A stretch of 64,000 nucleotides of DNA from an uncultured Chloroflexia bacterium (GCA_963809045.1 CAWEHW010000004.1:331816-395815); one strand, 5' to 3'; counted from the first letter of the stretch, positions 21,308-31,628 are shown. The notes: generated from the sequence alone by a model not told the origin. Program-made: numbers and translations.

Positions 21308-22214
21308 ACGGGCCTATTCGCCGGCTGCCCGCGCGTCCGACGCGCCAGATCCGTCGCGTGTCCTGGTCATCGGCTGTGGTGCGCTCGCACGCGAGCTCGT
21401 CGCGGTCATCGACCAGGCAGGCCTGACCAACGTGGACCTGACCTGCCTTCCCGCGACGCTGCATAACCGCCCAGGCGGGATCCCCGCCGCCGTGCGGGCG
21501 AAGATCCGCGCCGCCCGGCCGCGCTACGAGAAGATCTTCATCGCCTACGCAGATTGCGGAACCGGCGGGCTGCTTGACGTCGCGCTCGCCGACGAAGGCG
21601 TGGAGCGCCTCCCGGGCGCCCACTGCTACGAGTTCTTCTCGGGCGCTCGCGACTTCGCCGCGATGACCGATGACGACCCGGCCACCTTCTTCCTGACCGA
21701 TTTCCTCGCCCGCAACTTCGATCGGCTGGTCATTGTCGGGCTCGGCCTCGACCGACATCCAGAGCTGCTGTCGACCTACTTCGGCAACTACCACCGCCTC
21801 GTCTACCTGGCCCAGACGGACGACCCGGCGCTCGTCGCGGCCGCCCGCCGTGCCGCGCGACGCCTCGGGCTGGCATTCGAGCTGCGCAGGACGGGGTATG
21901 GCGATCTTGCGACGTCCATCGCAGTCGCATCCGAAGCAGGGCGCGAGCGTCGTTCAACGGACATCGCGGCGCTTGCGGCAGGCGCACGAATCGTCGCCGG
22001 GACGTCACCGGGTGCCCCGAAAACGTTCAAATCCTTGCACCGAGTGAACCGTCAGGATCTCGCCCCCACCTTGACGGCCCAAGTCGTGCGGTCGACGCAA
22101 CGCCAGAATCGTGAGGAGCGGTCGAGGGGATCATCCGTGCGTCCGATGCACGGCCGACCGAGGAACGTGCAGCCCGTGCACGAAATTGACGCAACGGCGG
22201 CGGAGACCGCCTGA
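21297..22214 (+). CDS. DUF1638 domain protein with an unusual C-terminal extension
   Basis: IGCGALARE, LPATLHNRP, YADCGTGG, LPGAHCYEF and FFLTDFLAR. Confidence 0.85.
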
Positions 22215-22552
22215 TGGGCACCCTGTCGATCATCTGGTGGCGCGACATCCCGGCCCAGGTCGTCGCCAAGGACGCCCGCCGATCCAGCAAGGTCGTCCTC
22301 CACCCCCGGTTCCAGGTCGCGATCGACAAGGCAGCGAACCGGGCGGGCAAACGCGCATACAACGACTACATCGGCGAATGGCGGAAGACCCAGGAGCGGT
22401 GCGACGACGATCTCGAGGCGGTGGCGCGAGCCGAGTCTGCTCGCCTCGAGGCCGAGTACACCAAGCACCGACTCGCCGAGCTGATCCAGTCGGGTGGCAT
22501 CGCGGGAGGTCCGGTTCTCCCGCCCGCAACGTCCGAGACGTCGCCGACATGA
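22214..22552 (+). CDS. Small 'virulence factor'-domain protein typical of corrinoid/MetF clusters
   Basis: WWRDIPAQV, RFQVAIDKAA and YIGEWRK. Confidence 0.8.
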   Translation: MGTLSIIWWRDIPAQVVAKDARRSSKVVLHPRFQVAIDKAANRAGKRAYNDYIGEWRKTQERCDDDLEAVARAESARLEAEYTKHRLAELIQSGGIAGGPVLPPATSETSPT

Positions 22553-23454
22553 CCGACACCGTCCTCAGCTCCGCGACCCGCGAGGTGGTCATCGGGTTCG
22601 AGCGGCCGTTCGTGATCATCGGCGAGCGGATCAACCCGACCGGGCGCAAGGCCCTTGCCGAGGAGATGAAGAGCGGCGATTTCAGCCGCGTCGAGCGCGA
22701 CGTGCTCGCCCAGGTGGCCGCCGGCGCTCACATGCTGGACGTAAACGCCGGCATCCCGCTCAGCGATGAGCCGGCCATCCTCGCGAAGACGATCCAGCTG
22801 GTCCAGAGCCTGACGGACCTGCCGCTGTCGATCGACTCGTCGATCGTCGAAGCGCTCGAGGCCGGGCTCGCGGTCTACCAGGGCAAGCCGCTCGTCAACT
22901 CGGTCACCGGCGAAGAGGAGCGTCTCGAACGCGTCCTGCCGCTCGTCCGCAAGTACGGCGCGGCGGTCGTGGCCATCAGCAACGACGACACCGGGATCAG
23001 CGAGGACCCCGACGTCCGATTCGCGGTCGCGAAGCGGATCGTGGAACGCGCCTCCGACCACGGCATTCCGGCCTCGGACATCGTGGTCGACCCCTTGGTG
23101 ATGCCCATCGGCGCGCTGTCGAATGCCGGGCGCCAAGTGTTCTCGATCGTCCGGCGCCTTCGCGAAGAGCTCAAGGTCAACACGACCTGTGGCGCCTCCA
23201 ATGTCAGCTTCGGTCTGCCCCATCGAGAGGGGATCAATGCCGCCTTCCTGCCGATGGCGATTGCCAGCGGCATGACCTCGGCGATCACCAACCCGCTCAT
23301 GCCTGAGGTCAAGGCCTGCGTGATGGCAGCCGACGTGCTGATGGGCCACGATCCCGATTGCGGCCGGTGGATCCTCGCCCACCGAACCCCGACGCCCGAG
23401 GGCGAGGTCAGCCGGCGGCGGGTCAACCGCCGCTCCGTCGCGCCCGTCGGCTGA
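22549..23454 (+). CDS. Methyltetrahydrofolate:corrinoid methyltransferase (pterin-binding domain)
   Basis: IIGERINPTGRK, LDVNAG, SIDSS, VNSV, DPLV and GASNVSFGLP. Confidence 0.93.
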   Translation: MTDTVLSSATREVVIGFERPFVIIGERINPTGRKALAEEMKSGDFSRVERDVLAQVAAGAHMLDVNAGIPLSDEPAILAKTIQLVQSLTDLPLSIDSSIVEALEAGLAVYQGKPLVNSVTGEEERLERVLPLVRKYGAAVVAISNDDTGISEDPDVRFAVAKRIVERASDHGIPASDIVVDPLVMPIGALSNAGRQVFSIVRRLREELKVNTTCGASNVSFGLPHREGINAAFLPMAIASGMTSAITNPLMPEVKACVMAADVLMGHDPDCGRWILAHRTPTPEGEVSRRRVNRRSVAPVG

Positions 23455-23464
23455 GGCGGGGTTC

Positions 23465-25646
23465 GTGCCTCCAGCGGCCGGCCAGGCGACCAACCCCGAC
23501 GACCACCTGGTCGTCTTCACGCCATCGGGCCGACGCGGCCGCACCAGGTCCGGGACGACCGTGCTCGATGCCGCTCGTTCGCTCGGCGTCGACATCGACG
23601 CGGTCTGCGCGTCCCGCGGGATCTGCGGTCGATGCCAGATCACGCAGGGACTCGGGACGTTCACCAAGCACGGGATCACCTCGGCCGAGGGGAACCTGGC
23701 GCCGGAAGGCTCCCTCGAAGCCACCTATCGGGCCGAATCGGGCATGGCGTCCGATCGCCGGTTGTCGTGCACCGCCGAGGTGCGGGGCGACGTCCTGATC
23801 GATGTGCCACCGGAGAGCCAGGTCCACCGCCAGGTCGTCCGCAAGGGCCTCGACGTCCGCGACTTCACGGTCGACCCGGTCGTTCGGCTGCACTACGTCG
23901 AGGTGACGCACGCCGGAGCTGGCGTCGCCCACCGGCGACCTCGGCCGGCTCTTCGACGCACTCGAACGCGAGTGGGGCCTGACCGGCCTCGCAGCCGACC
24001 TGTCGGTCATTCGAACGCTCCAGCCGGCCCTCGAAGCCGGCAGGTACGGGGTCACCGTGGCGGTCCATCGCGGCCGGCAGGTGATCGGCGTCTGGCCCGG
24101 ACTGCATGAACGGCCGTTGGGCGTGGCCATCGACATCGGCTCGACGACGATCGCCGGTCACCTGGTCGACCTGTCCGACGGGGCCGTACTCGCCAGCAAC
24201 GGCGTCATGAACCCGCAGATCCGGTTCGGCGAGGACCTCATGAGCCGCGTGTCGTACGCGATGATGCATCCCGAGGGTGCGGGCGAGATGACCACGGCAG
24301 TCCGCAAGGCGCTCGACGGGCTCATCGCGACGCTCGCGATGCGGGCCGGGATCAAGCGGGTCCAGATCCTGGAGCTCGCGATCGTCGGCAACCCGATCAT
24401 GCATCACCTGCTGCTGGGCATCGATCCCACGCCGCTCGGCGGAGCGCCGTTCGCGCTGGCCACGGATCAGGCCGTCGAGATCACGGCGACGGAGCTCGGC
24501 CTCATCGCCCATCCCGGGGCACGGGTGTACGTGCTGCCGTGCATCGCCGGCCACGTCGGGGCGGACACCGCGGGGGTGATCCTGTCCGAGGAGCCACATC
24601 GCGCCGACCGCCTGACCCTCGTGGTGGACGTCGGGACGAATGCGGAGATCGTGCTTGGCGACCGACGGCGGCTCCTCGCTGCCTCGAGCCCGACGGGTCC
24701 CGCCTTCGAGGGTGCCCAGATCAGCGGGGGCCAGCGCGCCGCGCCCGGCGCGATCGAACGGGTTCGAATCGACCGCGAAACGCTCGAGCCGCGGTTCAGG
24801 GTGATCGGCATCGACGCCTGGTCGGACGACCCGGCGTTTGCCGCGGCGCTCGGTGATGACTCGAAGGCCGGCGGCGACTCGAAGGCCGGCAGCGGGTCGA
24901 AGGCCGGCAGCGGGTCGAAGGCCGCCGAGGCCTCCGCGATCACCGGGATCACCGGCATCTGCGGGTCGGGGATCATCGAGGTCGTGGCGGAGCTCTTCCT
25001 CGCGGGCGTCGTCACCGCCGACGGCGTGATCGACGGGTCCCTCGCGGCTCGAACGCCCAGGATCGTGCCGGACGGCCGGACGTTCAGCTACGTCCTGCAC
25101 GATCCAGGCGAGACGGGAGGAACCGGGCCGCGGATCGCGATCACGCAGAACGACGTTCGCGCCATCCAGCTGGCCAAGGCTGCGCTCTACGCGGGCGTCC
25201 GGTTGCTGATGGACAAGCTCGAGGTCGAGGTGGTGGACGAGATCCGCCTGGCCGGGGCGTTCGGCAGCCAGATCGACCCGACGCACGCGATGATCCTGGG
25301 CCTCGTCCCCGATTGCGACCTGGCCAGCGTCCGCTCTGCCGGCAACGCGGCCGGGACGGGTGCCCTGATCGCCTTGCTGTCGGGCGCGGCGCGCACCGAG
25401 ATCGAGGGAGTGGTCCGTATGGTCGAGAAAGTCGAGACCGCCGTCGAGCCGCGCTTCCAGGAGCATTTCGTGGATGCCATGGCCTTCCCGCACAAGACCG
25501 CCACCTTCCCGAATCTGGGTCGCGTCGTCGCCTTGCCCGAACGACCGAGCGATGCGACGGGCACGACCGGCCGGGCTGCCGCCGAAGCCCGCACTGAACG
25601 TCGGCGGAGACGCGCCGTTGCCGCTGCCAGCAGGGAGAGCCGCTGA
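23465..25646 (+). CDS. ATP-dependent corrinoid reductive activator (RACE/RamA-like, 2Fe-2S + ASKHA; frameshift near 23910)
   Basis: CASRGICGRC...RLSC ferredoxin; DIGSTT, FGEDLMSR, DVGTNAE, GPAFEGA, GICGSG, LAGAFGS and GNAAG. Confidence 0.92.
24858..24926 (+). repeat. In-frame 18-bp tandem repeat, about 4 copies (DSKAGG/GSKAGS)
   Basis: gactcgaaggccggcggc, gactcgaaggccggcagc, gggtcgaaggccggcagc, gggtcgaaggccgcc. Confidence 0.9.
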
Positions 25647-27184
25647 TGGACGAGACCCCAAGGCACCGAACCGGCGGCCGCGCCGCCCGCCAGGCGGCTC
25701 GCCTCGCGGCGCATGCGGAACATGTCCCGTTCCTGACCCGCAAGCTGGCTCCGGTCGAGGTCCTCGACGAGGAGGGCCTCGCGCAGATCGAGCACAACGC
25801 CGACACGATCCTCCAGGAGGTCGGTCTCGAGTTCAGGGGCAACGCCGACGCCCTTCGGCTGTTCCGCGAGGCCGGGGCGGACGTCCAAGGTGAGCGGGTT
25901 CGATTCCCGCGCGGCATGTGCCGGCAGATCATCCAGGCGACCGCCCCGCGCCAGTTCACCCAGTTCGCGCGGAACGAGGCCCGCAACGTCGAGATCGGCG
26001 GGGCCCACACGGTCTTTGCGCCGAACTACGGCTCGCCCTTCGTTCGCGACCTCGACAACGGGCGCCGCTACGGCACGATCGAGGACTTCCGCAACTTCGT
26101 GAAGCTCGCCTATGCGTCGCCGTACATGCACCACTCGGGCGGAACGGTCTGCGAGCCGGTCGACGTGCCGGTCAACAAGCGGCACCTGGACATGGTCTAT
26201 TCGCACATCCGCTACAGCGACAAGCCATTCATGGGATCGGTCACGGCGCCGGAGCGCGCACGTGACACCGTCGAGATGGCCCGGATCACCTTCGGCGCCG
26301 AGTACCTCGAAACGCATCCCGTGGTCCTGAGCCTGATCAACGCCAACTCCCCGCTCGTCTGGGACGGAGTGATGCTCGGGGCGGCGCAGGCCTACGCGGA
26401 GGCCAACCAGGCCACGCTCCTGACGCCGTTCATCCTTGCCGGGGCGATGGCGCCGGTGACCGTGGCCGGGTCCGCCACGCAAACCCTCGCCGAGGCGCTC
26501 GGCGGCATGGCGTTCGTCCAGCTCGTGCGCCCCGGCGCGCCGGTCGTGCTCGGGTCCTTCGCGAGCTCGATGTCGATGCAATCGGGAGCGCCCACCTTCG
26601 GGACGCCGGAGCCGGCGCTCGTGCTCTACGTCATGGCCGCGTTGGCGCGGCGACTCGGCGTCCCGTTCCGTTCGGGCGGGTCGTTGTGCGCGTCCAAGAT
26701 CGCCGACGCCCAGGCGGCGTACGAGTCGGCGGCGACCCTCCAGCCGACCATCCTCGCCGGGGTCAACTTCGTGCTCCACGCGGCCGGCTGGCTCGAGGGC
26801 GGGCTCGCTGTCGGGTACGAGAAGTTCGTCCTCGACGCCGATCAGTGCGGGATGATGGCCGTGCTGATCAACGGCGTGGACATGACGGACAACGGCCAGG
26901 CGCTGGACGCGATCCTGGCGAATCCGCCGGGCCAGCACTACCTCGGCAACGCCCACACGCTGGCCAATTTCGAGAGCGCGTTCTACCGCTCGACCATCGC
27001 CGACAACAACAGCTATGAGCAGTGGCAGGAGGACGGCTCGCTCGACGCCAACCAGCGAGCCAACCGCATCTGGAAGAAGACGCTGGCGGACTACGAGGCG
27101 CCGCCGATCGATCCCGGGATCGACGAAGGGCTGCTCGAGTTCATCGCGAAGCGAAAGGCCTCGATGCCCGACTCCGAGGTGTAG
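25646..27184 (+). CDS. MttB-family (non-pyrrolysine, MtgB-like) quaternary amine:corrinoid methyltransferase
   Basis: SGGTVCEPVD, DKPFMG, NANSPL, AMAPVT, FGTPE and HAAGWLEGG; no in-frame TAG. Confidence 0.93.
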   Translation: MDETPRHRTGGRAARQAARLAAHAEHVPFLTRKLAPVEVLDEEGLAQIEHNADTILQEVGLEFRGNADALRLFREAGADVQGERVRFPRGMCRQIIQATAPRQFTQFARNEARNVEIGGAHTVFAPNYGSPFVRDLDNGRRYGTIEDFRNFVKLAYASPYMHHSGGTVCEPVDVPVNKRHLDMVYSHIRYSDKPFMGSVTAPERARDTVEMARITFGAEYLETHPVVLSLINANSPLVWDGVMLGAAQAYAEANQATLLTPFILAGAMAPVTVAGSATQTLAEALGGMAFVQLVRPGAPVVLGSFASSMSMQSGAPTFGTPEPALVLYVMAALARRLGVPFRSGGSLCASKIADAQAAYESAATLQPTILAGVNFVLHAAGWLEGGLAVGYEKFVLDADQCGMMAVLINGVDMTDNGQALDAILANPPGQHYLGNAHTLANFESAFYRSTIADNNSYEQWQEDGSLDANQRANRIWKKTLADYEAPPIDPGIDEGLLEFIAKRKASMPDSEV

Positions 27185-27186
27185 CC

Positions 27187-28089
27187 GTGCTCTTCCGGCG
27201 CCGACGCTCGCTCTCGGATGCACAGGCCGATGCACTTGCACGTGTCCTGCAGGCGCCGACGTTCGAGCTGATCCCGCTCAAGCACTCGATGGACCAGGCG
27301 GCGCTGCTGCCCGCCGGATCGACGGTGTCCGTCACCGCGTCTCCCGCGAAAGGGATCGAAGCCACGATTGCGCTGTGTGAGCAGCTGCAGGCGCACGGTT
27401 TCCGGGCCGTGCCGCACGTCTCGGCCCGGATGGTGCGCGACCGCGCCCACCTCGCCGACCTGATCGGCTGGCTCGAAGCCGCCGGGGTCGATCGCGCGTT
27501 CGTCGTGGGTGGCGATGCGAAGGAACCCGGCAGGTATCCGGACGGACTGTCCCTGTTGCGCGAGATGGCCGAGATCGGGCACCCGCTGAGCGAGATCGGG
27601 ATCCCCGGCTACCCGCAGGGGCACGCGTTCATCGCGGACGCACCGCTCCTGGAGGCGCTGCGCGCCAAGGCCGAGTTCGCGAGCTACATCACCACCCAGC
27701 TGTGCTTCGATCCTGCGGCCATCTCGAGCTGGATCAGCGCTCGTCGGGCGGAAGGGATCGCCCTGCCGGTTCATGTCGGGCTGCCCGGCGTCGCCGAGCC
27801 GCAGAAGCTCCTGACGATTGCCGCGCGGATCGGTGTCGCCGACACCCATCGGTTCCTGGTCAAGAACGTCCGGTTCGTCACCCGGCTGATCCGCTCGGGT
27901 GGCTTCTACCGGCCCGATGGCCTGCTCGAGGGCCTGGCGGTGCCGGCCGCCGATCCCTCGATGGGGATAAGCGGGCTCCACATCTACACGTTCAATGCCG
28001 TCGAGGCGACGGAGAATTGGCGACGGTCGACGCTGGCAGCTCTTGCGCGCCACGATCGAGATCGAGCCCTGGTGGCCACCCGGCAGTGA
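27187..28089 (+). CDS. metF: Methylenetetrahydrofolate reductase
   Basis: PHVSAR, VVGGD, GYPQGH, ITTQLCFD and HIYTFN. Confidence 0.88.
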   Translation: MLFRRRRSLSDAQADALARVLQAPTFELIPLKHSMDQAALLPAGSTVSVTASPAKGIEATIALCEQLQAHGFRAVPHVSARMVRDRAHLADLIGWLEAAGVDRAFVVGGDAKEPGRYPDGLSLLREMAEIGHPLSEIGIPGYPQGHAFIADAPLLEALRAKAEFASYITTQLCFDPAAISSWISARRAEGIALPVHVGLPGVAEPQKLLTIAARIGVADTHRFLVKNVRFVTRLIRSGGFYRPDGLLEGLAVPAADPSMGISGLHIYTFNAVEATENWRRSTLAALARHDRDRALVATRQ

Positions 28090-28264
28090 CCACGCGCGAT
28101 CTCGCAACGGGATCGGCGCCGGGCACGGCCGAGGGCACGTGGTCGGACATCCCGGTGACACCGGTCGTGCCGGTGGTTGCCGGCACGCCGTCCGCGATGG
28201 TGCGGGCCTGAGCCAGGCCGAGCTTCGATCCGCGGCAGTCCGAATTACACGGCCCGCTCCAGCG

Positions 28265-29122
28265 TCACGGACGCTCGAGCCCGTGGGCCTCCAGGAGCCG
28301 ATCGTCGCTCAGCAACGCGTCGGTTGGGCCATCCGCGACGACGTGGCCGTCATCGACGACGATCGTCCGCGGAAAGACCTCGGCAACCAGACGCATGTCG
28401 TGCGTCGAGACAAGCATCGTCTGCGGCAATCGCCGCAGCACGTGGATCAACTCGCGGCGCCCGCGTGGATCCAGCCCGGCCGAGGGCTCATCGAAGACCA
28501 GGACCTGCGGATCCATGGCCAGGACGGTCGCGAGCGCGACGCGCTTGCGCTGACCGAGACTCATGCGATGCGGCATCCGTCGTTCGAAGCCTGCCATCCC
28601 GACCGAGGCTAGGGCGCGTTCCACCCGGTCATGGATCTCCGACTCTTCGACGCCCATGTGCAACGGTCCGAAGGCGACATCCTCGAAGACCGTCGGGCTG
28701 AACAGCTGGTCGTCGGGATCCTGGAACACCAGGCCGACCTGCGCCCTGATCCGCCGCACCGTCGACCGATCGACGACCGTGCCTCCAACGCGGACCGTGC
28801 CGTGCGTGGGCTCGAGAATGCCGTTGAGCTGCAGGAGGAGCGTGCTCTTTCCTGCCCCATTCGGTCCGACGATGGCGACCTTCTCGCCGGCCCCGATCGA
28901 GAGATCGACGCCGCGGAGCGCTTCGAAGCCATCGGGATACCGAAAATGGAGATGCTCGATCTCGATCGTGGCGCCGGGCTCGAGATCCCGATCAGCCCTC
29001 GAGGCTTGATGCTCGTGGTCGTGGCCGACCCCGTCGTCGTGTCGATGGGCGTGGACATGACTGTCGTCTGGCGCCCTATCGGTCGGCAGTTGTCGCGGTT
29101 CGACGGCTTGCCCTCGATCCAT
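28265..29122 (-). CDS. cbiO: ECF Co/Ni transporter ATPase with His-rich leader
   Basis: GPNGAGKST, VFQDPDDQLF and DEPSAGLD; TGATG overlap with cbiQ; leader HVHAHRHDDGVGHDHEH. Confidence 0.9.
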   Translation of the reverse strand: MDRGQAVEPRQLPTDRAPDDSHVHAHRHDDGVGHDHEHQASRADRDLEPGATIEIEHLHFRYPDGFEALRGVDLSIGAGEKVAIVGPNGAGKSTLLLQLNGILEPTHGTVRVGGTVVDRSTVRRIRAQVGLVFQDPDDQLFSPTVFEDVAFGPLHMGVEESEIHDRVERALASVGMAGFERRMPHRMSLGQRKRVALATVLAMDPQVLVFDEPSAGLDPRGRRELIHVLRRLPQTMLVSTHDMRLVAEVFPRTIVVDDGHVVADGPTDALLSDDRLLEAHGLERP

Positions 29123-29913
29123 CAGCGCGGGAGCCAGAAATGCCCAGCCGCGACGAGTGCCAGGCATGTACCGGCGACGGCCGCGATCGAGGCGTATTCC
29201 ATCGGCGCGAGGGAGCGACTGTGCATGTGTCGAAACTCGCCTTCGAAGCCGCGAGCCTGCATCGCTGCATAGATTCGCTCGCTGCGCTCGTATGAGCGCA
29301 GGAAGAGCGATCCGACCATCGATCCGGTCACGCGAACCCGCCACGAGATCGATCCACCTCCGCGGCCATCCCGATCGGCCGAGCGGGATGCGCGCGCTCT
29401 TGCCATCCGCGTCGCTTCGTCCGTCAGGACGCTGAGGTATCGGTACATGAAGCTGATGATCGCGACCATGATCCTCGGGAGCCGAAGCTGCCGGAGCCCG
29501 TCCACGAGGTCATGGAACGGCGTGGTGAAGGCCAACAGCAGCGCGGCCTGAACGCTGATCCAGCTCTTGAGGGCGATCGTCGAGAACATCCGAAGGCCCT
29601 CTCCGCTCACGGTCAAGGTGACCGGTCCCAGGGCGAAGCTGCCGAGCGGATCCTCTGGCCGCGTAAACACGAGGGGGAGGGCGGCGAGCAGGAATGGAGC
29701 GGCGAGAAACGCGCGGCGAGCCGGGTGGAGCATGCCGACATGGGCGAGGCCGGCAGCGCCAACGACCACGAGCCACGCCACGCCGAGCGCGACGAAGGCG
29801 CCGATTGGCAGGAGGCTGACGGCGACGATGAACAGGACCGTCGCGACGAACTTGACCCGGGCGTCGGCGCGGTGAAGCAGACTCTCGCGCTGGATGTACC
29901 GGTCGAGATTCAG
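29122..29913 (-). CDS. cbiQ: ECF Co/Ni transporter T component (probable CTG start)
   Basis: SLLHRADARVK, YRY, ARASR and RSYERSERIYAAMQARGF; frame is open to a CTG overlapping the upstream TGA. Confidence 0.88.
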   Translation of the reverse strand: MNLDRYIQRESLLHRADARVKFVATVLFIVAVSLLPIGAFVALGVAWLVVVGAAGLAHVGMLHPARRAFLAAPFLLAALPLVFTRPEDPLGSFALGPVTLTVSGEGLRMFSTIALKSWISVQAALLLAFTTPFHDLVDGLRQLRLPRIMVAIISFMYRYLSVLTDEATRMARARASRSADRDGRGGGSISWRVRVTGSMVGSLFLRSYERSERIYAAMQARGFEGEFRHMHSRSLAPMEYASIAAVAGTCLALVAAGHFWLPR

Positions 29914-30245
29914 GGTCGCTGATCCTGGCGGCGGCGCCGGGCGAGCAGGCGCCCGAGGAGCGTCATCAGCCCGAAGACGATGAGGATTCCGATCAGCCCC
30001 GCGAGGATGGTCGACGGGTTGCCGTCGATACCAGGCACGGTGTAGTCCGGGATGATCGAGTACACCGCGTCACGCGCGGATTGGAGGAACCCGTTGTCCT
30101 CGGCCACTCGCTCGAGGCCATCTGGATCGGGCGACGCCAGCGGGGCGAGGATCACCACCATCAAGGCGGCGATCGCCAGCCCGGCGACCCACCAGTAGCG
30201 CGAGAGACCAGGGCGTCGCGATGGCCGGTGAAGGTCGTCGTTCAT
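29910..30245 (-). CDS. PDGLE domain protein (CbiN/NikN-like)
   Basis: ASPDPDGLERVA and IPDY; two TM helices. Confidence 0.88.
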   Translation of the reverse strand: MNDDLHRPSRRPGLSRYWWVAGLAIAALMVVILAPLASPDPDGLERVAEDNGFLQSARDAVYSIIPDYTVPGIDGNPSTILAGLIGILIVFGLMTLLGRLLARRRRQDQRP

Positions 30246-30258
30246 GAGTCGTACCCCC

Positions 30259-30966
30259 CTAGGCCGTCGCTGGACGGGCATCGCGCAGCCGGAGCAAATC
30301 GGCCCGGGTCACCCGGATGAAACCGAGTGCCGCCATCGTGATGGCGGCCTCGCCGATGCCGATGAGGACATGGACCCCGACCATCGCGGGCAGGGCGATC
30401 GAGATCGGGGTCGTTCCACTCAAGGCGAGTTGAGCAGCCATCGACACGGCCCCAACGACCACGGCGATCCAGGCGGCGATCCCGGCCGCGGGGATCCTGG
30501 CCTTCTCCTCGCCGCCGAGGATCCTTGTCAGGGCGCGGTACACGTAGAAGCCGCCAAGCGTTCCGATGATGCCCATGTTGAAGATGTTGGCGCCCATCAC
30601 CACCAGACCGCCGTCCTGGAAGACCAGCGCCTGAACCGCGACCACGCAGGCCATCACGAGCGTCCCGGCCCACGGACCCAGCAAGACAGCTGCCAAGACG
30701 CCGCCGAGCAAGTGTCCGGACGTGCCCCCGATCACCTGGAAATTGAACATCTGGGCCGCGAAGATGAAGGCCGCCGTCACGCCCAGCAGCGGGACCGCGC
30801 GCTCGTCCAGCGTCTGGTTCGTCCGTCGCACCGCCACTGCAAGCGCGATCAGCGTGACCGCCCACATGACGGCCGCGATCGCCACCGTCAGAAACCCGTC
30901 AGGGGCGTGCAGCAGGGGTGGAGTCGGGGTAGGCCCAATGCCGGGCCCGATCAGGGCGGCGAGCAT
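30259..30966 (-). CDS. cbiM: ECF Co/Ni transporter S component
   Basis: LHAPDGFL, QMFNF, GTSGHLLG, QALVFQDGG, GANIFNM and H.LIGIGEA. Confidence 0.92.
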   Translation of the reverse strand: MLAALIGPGIGPTPTPPLLHAPDGFLTVAIAAVMWAVTLIALAVAVRRTNQTLDERAVPLLGVTAAFIFAAQMFNFQVIGGTSGHLLGGVLAAVLLGPWAGTLVMACVVAVQALVFQDGGLVVMGANIFNMGIIGTLGGFYVYRALTRILGGEEKARIPAAGIAAWIAVVVGAVSMAAQLALSGTTPISIALPAMVGVHVLIGIGEAAITMAALGFIRVTRADLLRLRDARPATA

Positions 30967-31017
30967 GCGTTCCTCCTCTCGGGGCTGTCCTTGTCAATGC
31001 TAATCGCTTTGGTCCAC

Positions 31018-31037
31018 TACTGCAACGTCATGCAATA
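31018..31037. promoter_or_regulatory. Fur-family (Nur-like) palindrome between cbiM and the regulator
   Basis: TACTGCA-ACGTCA-TGCAATA. Confidence 0.5.
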
Positions 31038-31065
31038 GGAAGGTCACGCAGTTATACTTCGTTCG

Positions 31066-31533
31066 ATGGCCACCGTTGGATCAGTCACCGAGCCGAATAC
31101 CGCCGAGGTCCGCGAGTACCTGCGGGCGCGCGGGCTGCGCTGGACACCACAACGCCGGCTGATCCTGGACGTGCTCGCCCAAACCAATGGCCACGTGACC
31201 GGAAGTGAGCTGGTCGAACGCTGTCGGGCGATCGACTCGGCGACCACGCCATCGACGGTCTACCGGACGTTGCGAGTCCTCGAAGAGTTGGGCGTGGTAC
31301 GGCATGCCCATGGCCGGGACGGGCGCGAAGAGTTCCATGTTCGACCAGGGTCCGACCACGGGCATCTTCACTGCGCCCACTGCGGAGCGAGTTGGGAGAT
31401 CGCATCGGAGGACGCGGAAGCGACGGTTGAGTCATTCCAGCGCCGCTGGGGGTTCGAGGTCGACCTCAGCCACCTGACCGTCGTCGGCCGTTGTGCGGCG
31501 TGCCGATCGGGCGAGTCCGCGTCGACCCACTAG
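31066..31533 (+). CDS. Fur family metalloregulator (Nur/Zur-like)
   Basis: TPQRRLIL, STVYRTL, HGHLHCAHCG and C-terminal CAAC. Confidence 0.93.
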   Translation: MATVGSVTEPNTAEVREYLRARGLRWTPQRRLILDVLAQTNGHVTGSELVERCRAIDSATTPSTVYRTLRVLEELGVVRHAHGRDGREEFHVRPGSDHGHLHCAHCGASWEIASEDAEATVESFQRRWGFEVDLSHLTVVGRCAACRSGESASTH

Positions 31534-31570
31534 GCGAATGGACACGTAAGACGTGCCCACTCCACCCTGA

Positions 31571-31628
31571 TTGACGCTCCGGAACCGCGCCTCTAGACTC
31601 AATCCCGACGAAATCACTCGGGATTGAG
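31571..31628 (+). promoter_or_regulatory. Sigma70 promoter and IscR-type Rrf2 operator
   Basis: TTGACG-N17-TAGACT; perfect inverted repeat CTCAATCCCGA-N9-TCGGGATTGAG at 31598-31628. Confidence 0.8.

Noticed and set aside
22214-22552. Virulence gene
   Set aside because: The domain name is historical; here it is an accessory of corrinoid/MetF metabolism
25646-27184. Pyrrolysine-containing trimethylamine methyltransferase
   Set aside because: The ORF is uninterrupted with no in-frame TAG, and there are no pyl genes in the window
30967-31065. Cobalamin riboswitch upstream of cbiM
   Set aside because: The gap is only 99 bp, has no recognisable B12 box and holds a Fur-type palindrome
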